Shown piece by piece: positions 39,669 through 48,388 of a stretch of DNA of 64,000 nt. Numbering within the stretch: the stretch's first letter is position 1; each line of letters opens with the position of its first letter. Below the pieces are notes generated by a model. That model was not told the origin of the DNA. It searched no databases and saw only the letters and a program-made list of their open reading frames with translations. The position numbers and the translations under genes were made by a program. Source of the DNA: an uncultured delta proteobacterium (GTDB taxonomy: Bacteria > Myxococcota_A > Polyangia > Fen-1088); NCBI GenBank assembly GCA_963796685.1, contig CAWCMR010000025.1:576001-640000 (forward strand), written 5' to 3'.

Positions 39669-41036
39669 CTACTCCGGCCCGTTCTCCCCACCCCGTTTGC
39701 GCCCACCCCGTTTGCGGATGTAGGCTTCGCGCAGCACCGCGGCTCGCAGCTGTGCCTTCCCCTCTCGAAAACCGCAGCTCACGGCGAATCCCTCCATGTC
39801 CGGAGGCATCGCGCACCCTCGGCAGGCTTCGAAGTACCATTGCCAAAGCTCGGCCTCGGACATTCCGACATCGGCAAGGGAGGGCGTGACAAGACCGGCA
39901 TCGCGCAACTTTTGGGCCTTGTGCTCCACCTTTTGCAGCCAGCGGCCGTACTGCCCGGTTCCGCGCAGATAGTCCACCAGGTGGTTGCGGGCAATGCCTT
40001 CTTTGATGGGCCAGGCCCAGCTCAGCCTGGCTTCCGTCTCGAAGAAGTGTCGGTACTCGTCGTCCTCCAGCTGCTGGGCCGTACACCAGCGCTCGAAATC
40101 GTCGCGACTGCGCAGACCGCGGCGGAACCGGAACTCGGAACGAGCGCGTTGCACGACGGCGGCGTCGGGATGGGCTCCCGCCCGCATCGCCAATTCGAGC
40201 GCCAACCCGCGCGCAGCTGCGCCGTCGACCGCGCCTTCGTAGGCTCCGGCCAGCTTGAGCTCTTCTTCGAGCAGGGCATCCCCCGAGAGCGTTGGACCGA
40301 GGTCGGAGCCCTCCTCTGCCAGGACCATCCGCGTGGCCTCGTGCCACGAATCGGTGGGTTCGAAGCGGAAGGTGACCTGCTTGCGTGGCGGATCGCCGGC
40401 TGCCCATTCCCGTAGATAGGTGAGCAGTGCGATCGCGTCGTCTCGCTTCTGGTCCACCTTGCCGAGGGCAAGCCAGTCGCCGAGAGCTTCAACCTCGACT
40501 CCTCTCGCTGCCGCTTGCTTCAACAAGCCTGCGAAGCTGCGCCCCGCGTAGAACTGCCGCTTGGCCACCTCGAGCAAGGCGGCCTCGGTGGCTTGCGCGA
40601 TCACCTTCGCGCGCACGGCCGCGCGCAGCGACGCGCGGATGTTGACCAGGGCGTCCGAAAGTACCCGAAACTCGCCCTCCGCCGGAGCGTGCGCGACCGC
40701 AACCTCGTCGTCGTCCTCGAGCGTGCCGTCGCGGAACGCTTCGTAGACGGCACCAACGCCAACCATGCCGAAGGCATCGAGCTCTGCGGCGCGAAGCGCG
40801 CCCATGCTGCTCGCCCCGAACACATGGACGCCCTCGCTCATCGCCCAAAGAATCTCCTTGTGCCAAACCGCCGGCACCCGCTCGAAGTACCCGTCGATGA
40901 TGGCGATCGCCTCTCGCCCTTGCATGACGGCGCGGTACACGTCCCCAAACTTGGCCGGTCCAGACACGTCGGCGTCGACGATTTCGCGAACCGCCCGAGC
41001 TGCGAGCGTCGGCCCGACGAAGACGAGGAATCTCAC
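39669..41036 (-). CDS. tfuA: TfuA-like protein with C-terminal helical extension
   Basis: GTG start overlapping the ycaO stop (GTGA); VFVGPTL, IIDGYF..PAVWHKEIL, GASSMGALRAAEL..GMVGVG, DDDEVAV.H, DQKRDDA. Confidence 0.92.
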   Translation of the reverse strand: MRFLVFVGPTLAARAVREIVDADVSGPAKFGDVYRAVMQGREAIAIIDGYFERVPAVWHKEILWAMSEGVHVFGASSMGALRAAELDAFGMVGVGAVYEAFRDGTLEDDDEVAVAHAPAEGEFRVLSDALVNIRASLRAAVRAKVIAQATEAALLEVAKRQFYAGRSFAGLLKQAAARGVEVEALGDWLALGKVDQKRDDAIALLTYLREWAAGDPPRKQVTFRFEPTDSWHEATRMVLAEEGSDLGPTLSGDALLEEELKLAGAYEGAVDGAAARGLALELAMRAGAHPDAAVVQRARSEFRFRRGLRSRDDFERWCTAQQLEDDEYRHFFETEARLSWAWPIKEGIARNHLVDYLRGTGQYGRWLQKVEHKAQKLRDAGLVTPSLADVGMSEAELWQWYFEACRGCAMPPDMEGFAVSCGFREGKAQLRAAVLREAYIRKRGGRKRGGENGPE

Positions 41037-42259
41037 GACAAACGCCCGAGCAGGCGCTTGCCCGGTGTAAACCCGCTCGACCCTGCGATGCCTTCGAGGC
41101 CGGGGATCACGACCCGCACCACCGGGATGTGCAGCTCCGGCAGGGTCAGGTCGACAACCGCGATCTCCGCGATGCCGCTCGAACGCAGGCACTCGAGCTC
41201 CCACGCCACGTCCTCGTGAAAGGTCGCCGCGCTGTAGCTCGGGCCGTCGCCGAAGTTCCGGCCTGCCCCGGCCGCGGTGATCATCTCGGCGGCTTCCGCG
41301 GCGATGGTCGGATCGTGTCCGCGTCGATAGGTGGCGATGCTGAGATCGTCCCGGCTGCCCGCGATGACGGTCAAGCGTGTCTGTGCCGCTTCCGTCAGGG
41401 CTCGCAAGAGCGCGATGCCGCGAGCAGGATGGCATCCCGAGCCGGTCGCCGATGCAAGGGGACGCAATTGGCCGTTCGCGGGATCGTCCGCGATCATGCA
41501 AACGAACACCGGGATGCCGGTGTCGGTGGTGACGTCCCACACGCCGACTCGAATTCCCGCGTCCGTGAACTTCTGCAAGACGGACAGGCACGCGACGTCG
41601 TCAATCGTCCGCACATCCACCTTGCGGGTTTGTTGCTGAGCCCTCGGGCTGTATTCCCACAAGGTGACCGCGTCGCGTTCGGCCAGCTCGCAGATGGCAT
41701 GGCTCGTCGCCTCGAGGGGATGGTTTCCCGACGCCACGCCGCTGTCGTTCATCTGAAACGCGCCACTGGCAGTGGGCAGGGGCAGCGTGTACGCCGTGTG
41801 TACGAGCTCGAATGGTATCCAGATGGACGTGCGACCGAGGATTTCATGGCCCTGCACCCAGAGGAACGGCAAACGCGGATCCAGCATGCTGCCGGCGAGC
41901 CGCGGCAGCGCCGTCAAGTCGAGGGTCCGACCGCGCCCGCGCATCTCCTCCCACGAGGCCAGCATGAGGGGCAGGCGCACGCGCTCGGCGTGGTAGTTCT
42001 CGAGCGATTCCATGATCCCCGACACCTTCGCCGCGACCAGATCGAGCCCTTTGCCCTGTGCGACGGCAATCGAGCGCGAATTGGGCCGCACGACCGCCAC
42101 CACCGGGACGCCGATCACGTCGAGCCCGGTCACGTTCGCCACCCTGGTGATGCCGACCCGGTGCAAAAGCGGCTCAATCCGCCGGAGCGTCTCCTCGGGC
42201 GCGACGGCCCGGTGCGTGCCGAGCGTGTGCTGCTTGAATGTCTCGCTGGGCAACGGCAT
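41033..42259 (-). CDS. ycaO: YcaO-family ATP-dependent backbone-modifying enzyme (thioamide type)
   Basis: GITRVANVTGLD.IGVPV, QGKG, SGIMESLE, SGVASGN, ELAERDA, GSGCHP, ALTEAAQTR, VVRVVIPGLE; no PxPxP tail. Confidence 0.93.
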   Translation of the reverse strand: MPLPSETFKQHTLGTHRAVAPEETLRRIEPLLHRVGITRVANVTGLDVIGVPVVAVVRPNSRSIAVAQGKGLDLVAAKVSGIMESLENYHAERVRLPLMLASWEEMRGRGRTLDLTALPRLAGSMLDPRLPFLWVQGHEILGRTSIWIPFELVHTAYTLPLPTASGAFQMNDSGVASGNHPLEATSHAICELAERDAVTLWEYSPRAQQQTRKVDVRTIDDVACLSVLQKFTDAGIRVGVWDVTTDTGIPVFVCMIADDPANGQLRPLASATGSGCHPARGIALLRALTEAAQTRLTVIAGSRDDLSIATYRRGHDPTIAAEAAEMITAAGAGRNFGDGPSYSAATFHEDVAWELECLRSSGIAEIAVVDLTLPELHIPVVRVVIPGLEGIAGSSGFTPGKRLLGRLS

Positions 42260-42282
42260 GACCAGTTCCGCGGGTCAGGGAA

Positions 42283-42885
42283 CTAGCGCTTGTGCGCTGT
42301 ATGCCCGCGGTGGATCGCATCGCGCACGCGATGGGCGTGGTCGGTCTTGTTTTCGTAGCCCTTGAGCATGCCCGATCGCAAGCTGACCAGGCTCAACAGG
42401 ATACAAGTACAACCTTGCGGCGTTACTTTCGGTACGTTCGCCAAGACGGCGCCTTCCTCGCGCGCCATGAATTCCAAGTCCGGAATCTCGGTCGGCGACA
42501 ACGCCTGGCACTCTTCATATTCTGCCCGCGTCACCTGAAAGCAAGAATCGGGATCCTCGGGTGGAAAGACGATGAGGTCGCCGGGGCCAGGCTCGCTCTT
42601 CGAATGGGCCGGCGCCTTCGCCCGCGACTTCTTCGCAGCGCGTGTCTCGTCCGGCGGCACGAGCCGTGCCAGGTTGGCCACGTAGTAGTGCTTGCCCTGC
42701 TTGCCCAGGCTCGGCTCCGACAAAACAGCGTCCTGCCATCCCGGCTTCACCGCAACTCTTCGCGCCTCGTTCGTATAATAGTCGTGCGGGATCCAGCGAT
42801 TGACGATTGTCTCGTTGTCGTGATCGTCCAAGCCGCGGAAGAATAGGATCAAATCGTCGAGCTCGATCTTGTCGTTGTCTCTCAT
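42283..42885 (-). CDS. Hypothetical 200-aa protein with two degenerate repeats; candidate YcaO/TfuA substrate
   Basis: GAGG RBS; directly upstream of ycaO; DDLILF..DAVLSEP..QGKHYYVANLARL versus GDLIVF..GAVLANVP..QGCTCILLSLVSL. Confidence 0.7.
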   Translation of the reverse strand: MRDNDKIELDDLILFFRGLDDHDNETIVNRWIPHDYYTNEARRVAVKPGWQDAVLSEPSLGKQGKHYYVANLARLVPPDETRAAKKSRAKAPAHSKSEPGPGDLIVFPPEDPDSCFQVTRAEYEECQALSPTEIPDLEFMAREEGAVLANVPKVTPQGCTCILLSLVSLRSGMLKGYENKTDHAHRVRDAIHRGHTAHKR

Positions 42886-42900
42886 GGTTTCCTCACGTGT

Positions 42901-43635
42901 CTAGGTCGTGGGCGTATCCGCGAGTTGGGCTAGGCGTTCCGTGTAGATGGGGTAATACACCCGCCGCCTCGTCGTCTGCAAAAGCGTCATCATCTGGGCG
43001 TTGTAACGTCGGTATTCCTGCGCGACCTCGACGAGGTCCTGCGGAATACCCCTTGCGCTGCAGCCGCGAGGGTCGGGTACCCGCCACAGAACGGAGATCT
43101 CTGCGGGCTGGGCCGTGATTTGCGACGCCCACCAGATCAATTCCCAACCCGCCCGCCCTGCCATCACCGAACTAAGCCAGTTGAGCTCACGAAGGTAGGC
43201 ATGCGTGTCGCCCTCGCACGGCCGAGATACCTCGTAGAGGTAGGTGTAACCAGGCTCGTCGTCGGCCCGCCAACGAAGACCGGGTGCGGGTTGGAGAACC
43301 GCCGCATTGGTAAGAAGCTCCTGATCTTCCGACGCGAGCGATTCGCCGAGGGCGCGATACCACCCGGTCTCCGACAAATCCACCATCGTCTGGTAGAGCG
43401 TGTGCCAGGTCTCCAGACGCCATATCTGAATCATCTCGAAGCCGGGCTCGACAACATGCTTGTGTTGGAGCACGGGCCACTCGGCAAAGGCTGCAATGAG
43501 CGACCACCCCTTGTGCTTGGTGTGCTCGATGAACTTCCGCTTCCCCTCGATGAACATGTCCAGATAGGTGTTGTGCTTGTCCCACTTCATCCTGAACACG
43601 TTTCGCAGGTAGATCGTCGGCGTGTAGCCTGCCAT
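42901..43635 (-). CDS. Hypothetical protein, tandem NIPSNAP-like (dimeric alpha/beta barrel) domains
   Basis: AAGGAG RBS; two units IYL..GWSLIAA..IQIWRL and YLY..GWELIWW..SVLWRV. Fold call is pattern-based only. Confidence 0.55.
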   Translation of the reverse strand: MAGYTPTIYLRNVFRMKWDKHNTYLDMFIEGKRKFIEHTKHKGWSLIAAFAEWPVLQHKHVVEPGFEMIQIWRLETWHTLYQTMVDLSETGWYRALGESLASEDQELLTNAAVLQPAPGLRWRADDEPGYTYLYEVSRPCEGDTHAYLRELNWLSSVMAGRAGWELIWWASQITAQPAEISVLWRVPDPRGCSARGIPQDLVEVAQEYRRYNAQMMTLLQTTRRRVYYPIYTERLAQLADTPTT

Positions 43636-43686
43636 TGCCTTCTCCTTGCCGTCGGCGCGACTTGGGCTTCAGGTGCAACAACCCCA

Positions 43687-43702
43687 AGCAAGGCCTGGAC
43701 CA
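43687..43702 (-). promoter_or_regulatory. Putative sigma54 (-24/-12) promoter
   Basis: Minus strand TGGTCCAGGCCTTGCT = GG-N10-GC with TTGCT, about 50 nt upstream of the ATG at 43635. Confidence 0.6.
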
Positions 43703-43776
43703 TACAAATACGACGTGGGCACAACGAAATCCACCGGTTTTGGACGGAATGCGATCACAATCGCGGAGCCGACTCC

Positions 43777-43853
43777 CCTGAAAACACCTCGCCCCGCGGA
43801 GCGGGGAGAGGTCGCCGAGCGCAGCGAGGCGGGTGAGGGGCTGTCACGTCTCA
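43777..43853. repeat. REP-like palindromic element (intact copy; empty intron target)
   Basis: CCTGAAAACACCTCGCCCCGCGGAGCGGGGAGAGGTCGCCGAGCGCAGCGAGGCGGGTGAGGGGCTGTCACG; inverted near-identical copy split at 50400-50444 + 52520-52560. Confidence 0.85.
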
Positions 43854-43890
43854 CACCTGAAGGATCCGGGCTTCGGCCCGGCGGCGTTGC

Positions 43891-46800
43891 TCACAGGTAC
43901 CTGAGCCCGATCGCCAGCTCGACCACACCGCTTGCGGACAGCATCGCGGTTTCATGGTTCCCGCGCGAGCACGCTTCAATCGCGTGCTCCATGAGCTCTC
44001 GAAGCGGTGTCGGCAGAAGGTGCTGCGTCGGCGCCAACAGGGCTTTCCACTGCTCGACCGCCTTGTCGAGCTCTCCGTCAGCGGCGTGCCGGGCAGCCAA
44101 CGGCATTCGCACCAACCAGTGAAGGGGGTACTCGTAGGCGGGGAGAAGCTTGGCCCAAGCGGCGAGACAGACTGCCGCGTGGTGCTCGAGCTCGGGCTTA
44201 TCGCCGCCCTTCCAGGCCGCCCAGGCAAGACACGCGTGCGAGACTCCGACATAGTCGTGCATCCCTCCCTGGGCAGCGATGGAGGCCGCACGTTCCGCCA
44301 TCGTGCGCGACTGCACGAGACGCCCCGCGCGTCGATGAAGCACGGCATAGTACGACAGGAAGCGCGCCTGAAGCGTGGCATCGCCGATGCGATCGGCGCC
44401 GGCGATGGCGGCCTGGAACAGCGGTTCCGCCTCCTCCAGGTGTCCTGCACACAGCAGCGGGAAGGCCAAGAAGAACCGCGCCAGGGCCAGCTCCCGCGGG
44501 TCCTCGCACTGCTCCGCCGCAGCCAGCGATTTCCGACCGTACGCGATCGCCTGGTCGAGGTGCGCGTACCTTTCACGTCGCAAGGCCGTGTGAACGAGCG
44601 CCTGGAAAAATTGCGCGCGCTGCGATGCGACCCCGCGTCGCTCGACCACCGGGCGAACGCGCTCTACCAACTCGGACAGCTCGTCCACCCTGGCAAGCCA
44701 ATAGAGGTCCCAGGTCTTGTCGACCTGCACCTGCACCCATTCGAGCCACCACGCGTCCGCGTGCTCCTCGGCGAGCGCGGTGTCGCCGAGCTGTTCCTCC
44801 GCTCTCGCGAATTCCCGCAGTGCCTGCCCATGCTGGTGTTGGCGCTCCCAGGTGCGCGCGCACTTCCGCAGGCGTCTGCCCCGCGCGACCGAGGGGGCTT
44901 CGCGAGAGTCGATCAGCGCGGCTTCGAAAGCATCCCGCGCACCCTGCGCCTCGCCGGTGATGAGCAACAGATCGCCGATGGCTTCGTGGAGAGCAGCACG
45001 CGCCGCCGCCCGCTCGGTCGGACCGCGGAAGGCACGGTCGATCTGGTCGATTTGACCGATGGCCAGCCGGTACAACTTGACCGCGTCGCCGTTGGCATAG
45101 GTGCTGCGGGCGAGGTCGGCCGCCCGCCCGAAATAGTCGGCGGCGCGGTCCGGGGCTCCGGCTTTCGCCAAGTGGAAGCCGAGTGCGCCAAGGTGGGGAT
45201 GGAGCTCGCGCCCCGCGTAGCGTTCCTCGATCGACGTCGCTGCCCGCCGGTGCCGGTGGGCGCACGTGTCCGCTGCCATGGCCGAATAGGCGGCGTCCCG
45301 GAGTTGATCGTGCACGAAGCGAAGGATGCCCGACGGATCCTCCTCGAAGATCTGCCGTTGTCGGAGCGTTCCGTACGCCTCGTGGATGTCCGATACGTCC
45401 AGCTCCGCGGTGTGGGCCAGAAGCTCGGGGTCGAAGCCTCGGCCCAAGACCGCGGCAGCGTCGATGATCTGCCGAATCTTCGGACTCAGCCCTTCGATGC
45501 GCGAACGAATCAGCGCAGAGATCGCGGTCGGGATGGCCACGCCCATGAGGCGAGGATCGCGCAACACCCAGCGACCGCCTGCATTGCGCTCGAGTCGCCC
45601 TTCGGCGATAGCAGTCCGCAAGTACTCGGCGAGAAAGAACGGATTTCCCCCGGATACGGCGTGCAGGAACTCGACGAGCTCCGGCGGCGGCGCGCGCAGC
45701 GCAAGCATTCCGCCCACCATGCGTCCCACCTCTTCCTTGCCCAGTCGGTCGAGCTCCACGTAGAGGTTGCCAGGCTCGCGAAAGAGCCGCTGCAACCCCG
45801 AGGTCATCTCCTCGAGTCGACACGTCCCGAGCAGCAGCAGCGGCGCCCCCGCGCACTCTGCCGCCGCGATCGAGGACAGCAGGTCCAAGGATAGCTCGTC
45901 TGCCCACTGCAGATCGTCGATGACGAAAAAGAGCGGTCGCTCGCGAGCATAGTCCAGCACCAGCGAGGCCAAGGCACCGAGCATGCGCGCACGGGCGGCG
46001 TCGTGGGGAAGCGGCGGGGGTTCTGCCTCGTGCAGTTGGTCGGCGAGATCCTCCAGCAGTCGCTCGTGCGGCGCGAGCAGGCGAGCCCGGCCGGCGAGCA
46101 GCCTCCTGGCAATCGCCCCGTCCCCGCCACGGCAATAGTCGGCAACGCCCGTCAAAAGGCGCCGGACCGGGTGGAGCGGAGCACTCAGGGCCCGATGCCC
46201 GCCCTCGGCGGTGCCGGAAGGCAGACACTCGCCCGTGATCACCGCCATCCCCTTTTCCGCGGCCAGGGCGGCGGCCTCGAGCACGAGGCGCGTCTTACCC
46301 GCGCCGCTCGCCGCGGCGACGAAGACCTTGCTCCCTCGTCCACCGAGCGCACGATCGACGGCCTGTGCAAGGAGCGCGAACGCCTCTCGCCGACCGACGA
46401 GCTCGGAGCGGTACAAGTACGTCGTGGGCTTCGGCGACGGCGACCGCTCGTCCAATCCGCCCACGGATGCGAGCAGCGCCGCGACATCGTCGGCATAGCC
46501 GATACGGTCCGGCGGGCTGCGCGCCAGCAGGCCGAGGACCAGCGTGTCCAGCGCGACCGGGATCCCGGCGACCTTGGTGGAGGGCACCGGGGGATCGGGC
46601 GAAAGCTCGTGAACCCCCGCCGGCCCGAAGGGCAACACCCCGGTCAGAGATTCGTACAAGACGCAGCCCAGGGAAAAGAGGTCGGCGCGCGCGTCCACGA
46701 ATCGCCCGAAGCGCTGCTCGGGGGCCATGTAGGCGAGTGTTCCCAAGCCCGCATCGGCAAGGTCGAGCGTTTCCCTACCCATTCCTCCAAAGGAAAAACC

Positions 46801-47376
46801 CAGTCCGAAATCGGCGAGCACGGGTGTCCCGTCGGCGCGAATCAGGATGTTCTCGGGTTTCAGATCGCGATGCACGACGCCGCACCCGTGCAGAAAGGCG
46901 AGGCCCCGGCAGATCGGGATCGCCAAGCGAACCATCTCGGCGATCGACAGCCGGACGATGGCGGCCGGTTGAAAGGTTTCAGCACGCGCCTGCGCCACGA
47001 CACCCTCGGCGTCGGCCAGGGTCTCGGCTGCTCGGGCATCTTCCGTTTCGCGAAGCGACCTGGTCGGTTCTCGCCGCGGCCAGAGCAATGCACGGAGGCT
47101 GGTGCCGTCGACCATCTCCATGGCAAACCAGGGAACACCGCCGCTCGACCCCTGATCGAGAATACGCACGATGTTCGGGTGTCGCAGCCCCGCGAGGATA
47201 TGAACCTCACGACGGAACGAGGCGAGTAATCCCGGAGCTTGGGTGCGCAGCACCTTGACCGCCACCGCCTCCCCGCTGACGGTATGACGAGCGCGGTAGA
47301 CGATCCCCATCGCGCCGGATCCGATCGACCCTTCCACCTCGTATGGGCCGAAGCTCCTGCCCGCCGGGATCGCCAT
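43891..47376 (-). CDS. Ser/Thr kinase - AAA (STAND-like) ATPase - TPR multidomain protein
   Basis: IGSGAMGIVY, HRDLKPENIL, DFG, GTLAYMAPEQ; LVGRRE, ASGAGKTRL, IDDLQWAD, SGGNPFF, FVHDQLR; helical repeats. Confidence 0.9.
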   Translation of the reverse strand: MAIPAGRSFGPYEVEGSIGSGAMGIVYRARHTVSGEAVAVKVLRTQAPGLLASFRREVHILAGLRHPNIVRILDQGSSGGVPWFAMEMVDGTSLRALLWPRREPTRSLRETEDARAAETLADAEGVVAQARAETFQPAAIVRLSIAEMVRLAIPICRGLAFLHGCGVVHRDLKPENILIRADGTPVLADFGLGFSFGGMGRETLDLADAGLGTLAYMAPEQRFGRFVDARADLFSLGCVLYESLTGVLPFGPAGVHELSPDPPVPSTKVAGIPVALDTLVLGLLARSPPDRIGYADDVAALLASVGGLDERSPSPKPTTYLYRSELVGRREAFALLAQAVDRALGGRGSKVFVAAASGAGKTRLVLEAAALAAEKGMAVITGECLPSGTAEGGHRALSAPLHPVRRLLTGVADYCRGGDGAIARRLLAGRARLLAPHERLLEDLADQLHEAEPPPLPHDAARARMLGALASLVLDYARERPLFFVIDDLQWADELSLDLLSSIAAAECAGAPLLLLGTCRLEEMTSGLQRLFREPGNLYVELDRLGKEEVGRMVGGMLALRAPPPELVEFLHAVSGGNPFFLAEYLRTAIAEGRLERNAGGRWVLRDPRLMGVAIPTAISALIRSRIEGLSPKIRQIIDAAAVLGRGFDPELLAHTAELDVSDIHEAYGTLRQRQIFEEDPSGILRFVHDQLRDAAYSAMAADTCAHRHRRAATSIEERYAGRELHPHLGALGFHLAKAGAPDRAADYFGRAADLARSTYANGDAVKLYRLAIGQIDQIDRAFRGPTERAAARAALHEAIGDLLLITGEAQGARDAFEAALIDSREAPSVARGRRLRKCARTWERQHQHGQALREFARAEEQLGDTALAEEHADAWWLEWVQVQVDKTWDLYWLARVDELSELVERVRPVVERRGVASQRAQFFQALVHTALRRERYAHLDQAIAYGRKSLAAAEQCEDPRELALARFFLAFPLLCAGHLEEAEPLFQAAIAGADRIGDATLQARFLSYYAVLHRRAGRLVQSRTMAERAASIAAQGGMHDYVGVSHACLAWAAWKGGDKPELEHHAAVCLAAWAKLLPAYEYPLHWLVRMPLAARHAADGELDKAVEQWKALLAPTQHLLPTPLRELMEHAIEACSRGNHETAMLSASGVVELAIGLRYL

Positions 47377-47447
47377 GGCCGGTCATTGTCGTCGCCGGTC
47401 TTTTACCCAGCAAGAGAAAAGCGAGGCTGGCGAGCGCCCCCTGCCCC

Positions 47448-47756
47448 TTATCGGGTGCCGCCCGATGTGCCACGCGATGTGCCGCCTGCAATGGCCAGAA
47501 CCAGGGTGAGCACGTCGCCGTCGCGCACGCCCACCGCTTGACACGGCCCCAAGGCGCGGACGTTCTCGCTACCCACGAACACGTTGACGAAGCTGCGAAG
47601 GCGCCCCTGGTCGTCGAACAGTTGACGGCGCAAGTCGTTGCTCCGGTCGGCCAGTGCGGCAAGCGCGCCGGACACGTTGTCCGCGGCGACTTCGATTCTC
47701 TCGCTGCCATCCACGAAACGCCGAAGAGGCGTGGGGATGAGGATGGTCACGGGCAT
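47448..47756 (-). CDS. MoaD/ThiS/CysO-family ubiquitin-like sulfur carrier with C-terminal extension
   Basis: MPVTILIPTPLRRF..GRLRSFVNVFV..DGDVLTLVLAIAGG followed by TSRGTSGGTR*. Confidence 0.88.
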   Translation of the reverse strand: MPVTILIPTPLRRFVDGSERIEVAADNVSGALAALADRSNDLRRQLFDDQGRLRSFVNVFVGSENVRALGPCQAVGVRDGDVLTLVLAIAGGTSRGTSGGTR

Positions 47757-48211
47757 GACGGGACCTGCCCCGCGAACGGGTTGAAAGCGCGAGCCGGCTC
47801 CGCGCGAGCACGGCGAAAGGCCCCTCCCTGGCCGGTCAACGTGAACAGGCCCAAGTCCACCGCGCGTGCCTTCGCCACGGAGCAGATGATGTAGAGGTAG
47901 CCTGGCCACGCTTGCGCACGGTCGCAGTCCGACGGCAGGGCTTCACAATCGGGATGGCTGTGATAGTAGCCCACCACGTCTTCACCCGCTTCCCGGGCCT
48001 GGCGTTCGGCGGACAACTGAAATTCCGGCGCGACGAGGTAACGGCAACGCGGATCATCGTCGTCATTACGGGCCGCGATTGACCGTGTGACGTGCCAGGG
48101 CACACGTTCCCCATTTCCCCGACCGAGCAGCACCCCACAGGCCTCGAGCGGATAGGCTGCTTCGCAAAGGCCGGAAATCTGCGCCCGTATGGCCTCGGAG
48201 AGTCGGACCAC
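47747..48211 (-). CDS. M67/JAB (Mec-like) metallopeptidase
   Basis: AYPLEACGVLLG, VVGYYHSHPDCEALPSDCD (JAMM motif), YLYIICSV. Start GTG 48211, or ATG 48376. Confidence 0.88.
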   Translation of the reverse strand: MVRLSEAIRAQISGLCEAAYPLEACGVLLGRGNGERVPWHVTRSIAARNDDDDPRCRYLVAPEFQLSAERQAREAGEDVVGYYHSHPDCEALPSDCDRAQAWPGYLYIICSVAKARAVDLGLFTLTGQGGAFRRARAEPARAFNPFAGQVPSCP

Positions 48212-48388
48212 CCTTGCCGATGCATACCGACCGGGATGGGGCGCGGGATCTCGGCGTGACACGCGCGCGAGTCTGCCAGTATTCGAGCCTCCTGGGAAGG
48301 CTGACGGAAGGCGCGATAAACCGGCTTTGCCAGGTCCTCTTTTGCGTGGCAGGTTCGGTTCGTTCGGTTCGTTCATTGGAAAGGAGGA

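Noticed and set aside
43636-43890. Short RiPP precursor in the intergenic gap
   Set aside because: The space is occupied by the sigma54-type promoter and the REP element; ORF 43669..43854 is translated REP sequence.
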